DNA of 64,000 bases from the NCBI GenBank assembly GCA_040954595.2, contig CM082578.2, forward strand, positions 15,980,998-16,044,997. Reading direction: 5' to 3'. How positions within the stretch are numbered: position 1 is the first letter of the stretch; every line of letters begins with the position of its first letter. The stretch comes from Balanoglossus misakiensis. Taxonomy: Eukaryota > Animalia > Hemichordata. The notes under the pieces are model-generated. The model ran no database searches and was not told the DNA's origin. It worked only from the letters and a program-made list of their open reading frames with translations. Shown one piece after another: positions 62,701-64,000 of the stretch. The translations under genes were made by a program, and so were the position numbers.

Positions 62701-64000
62701 CTTGTCATCTCACAGTAACCCGAAGATCCCAAACTGCATTAATCTAATCTTACACTTAATGACATGTCCTTCGAAGTTTGTCCCCCTAGCTTTGCTAAAT
62801 ATGACATAATTGTTGTGGCTCTTCCCTGTACAGCACGCATATATATCCTTTTAAGAAACTGGAACTCTCTTGCTCGAAACCCTACACTATTTTGGATTTT
62901 AAACCCCTGAAAGTTGACCACATTTGATGGATACTTTACAGAAAAACTTATACGACGAGACAGCTTAAAGTTTGCTTGCTGTGTAATTAAAAACCAGACT
63001 TCATTTAGTTGCTTCATATTCAGAAGAGTTAATTATACACACTTCTGACATATGTATACTCTGATGTCTGACCCCCACTGAGAATTCCAATTTATTCTTC
63101 TGAATTTACCTTGCCAGGGATTTTTTTTAAATACACTTGTCGTATTAATACTTGTTCAACCTCACAAGCCTGTGATTTCCTTGTGAGGAATTTATTTTGA
63201 AATTTTGGTCAGCAGGTTTTGAGAGAACTGTAACTGACATGCTGTTTGTGACAATCTGAGTACAGACAAGGATAAATTCATAAAACTAATGCGGAAGCCA
63301 GCAAAGGTGACTCCTTTAGGGTCACTTGGCCTTGAAGAAAACCATATAAGCATTAAGACTGTAAATTTACTGTCAACAGCTACACATATGTGTTGGTGGT
63401 TTTATGTTCCACATTGACTCACACCAGTCTGCATACTTGAGACATGATTGCCTAGTCAGAGAGAGAGAGAAGGAGAGACAGAGAGTAATTCAGAGAGTAT
63501 TTAAACGTGAACCCTCGTTTTACGTGAAGTTTTACGCAGTCCCATTGTTTAGATTCTCAAACTTTAAGTGTTGCCATTGAAAGAGTACAGCCTTTGTTGG
63601 CTACCACAAATTACTCAGGTTTGATAGGCAATTATCGCCATGCAGTTTTATTGAGCTTGAACTGGCCTTGTGGCATGGTAGTGTCAGTTCGGTCGTTGAA
63701 GTTCTAAGAGTGTAAATCGAACCGTCTCAATGGTCAAAACTAAAGGCTCTGAACGTACATGTTTGTCAAACAAGTAGAAGGGGGGGAAAAACAAAATGAT
63801 GTTAAACTTACGTTTAAGTGAAAACTCGCCTGGTGGCAAGTTTAGTTAGCTTACACAGGCGTGTTTTCACATAATTATCTGGTGTGAAAGATAGTTTGTT
63901 CCAGTTGGATAACTCCAAATTGATCTTCCGTTCTTTTCACGCCAAGCATTAACATCAACTGCCACGCCCACTTTTTTTTTACATGCAAAGAGTAGTGACA

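Overview
Eukaryotic (metazoan) genomic DNA, AT-rich and CpG-poor. The repeat style suggests a marine invertebrate, but the species cannot be determined. The window lies inside one large + strand gene, an ADAMTS9/ADAMTS20 (GON-1 type) secreted metalloprotease. I reconstructed 25 GT-AG exons by hand (36658-54591, 3569 nt, about 1190 codons, all intron phases consistent). They encode the end of the propeptide with a furin site (RKKR), the catalytic domain (HEIGHVLNIPHD, Met-turn VMAP), disintegrin-like, central TSR, Cys-rich and spacer domains, nine further complete TSRs with two linkers, and the start of an 11th TSR. The signal peptide and main prodomain exons are not in the window, so 1-36657 appears to be one very long intron. 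The remaining TSRs and the GON domain were not found before 64000. Non-coding DNA holds MITE remnants, microsatellites and poly-G tracts. Nearly all other ORFs in the track look spurious. I found no evidence of a new multi-gene system. The best leads are regulatory or isoform-level: a possible GON-less short isoform, many RFX X-box-like motifs, a convergent CTCF-like motif pair, an inverted repeat overlapping a splice acceptor, and a duplicated donor site.
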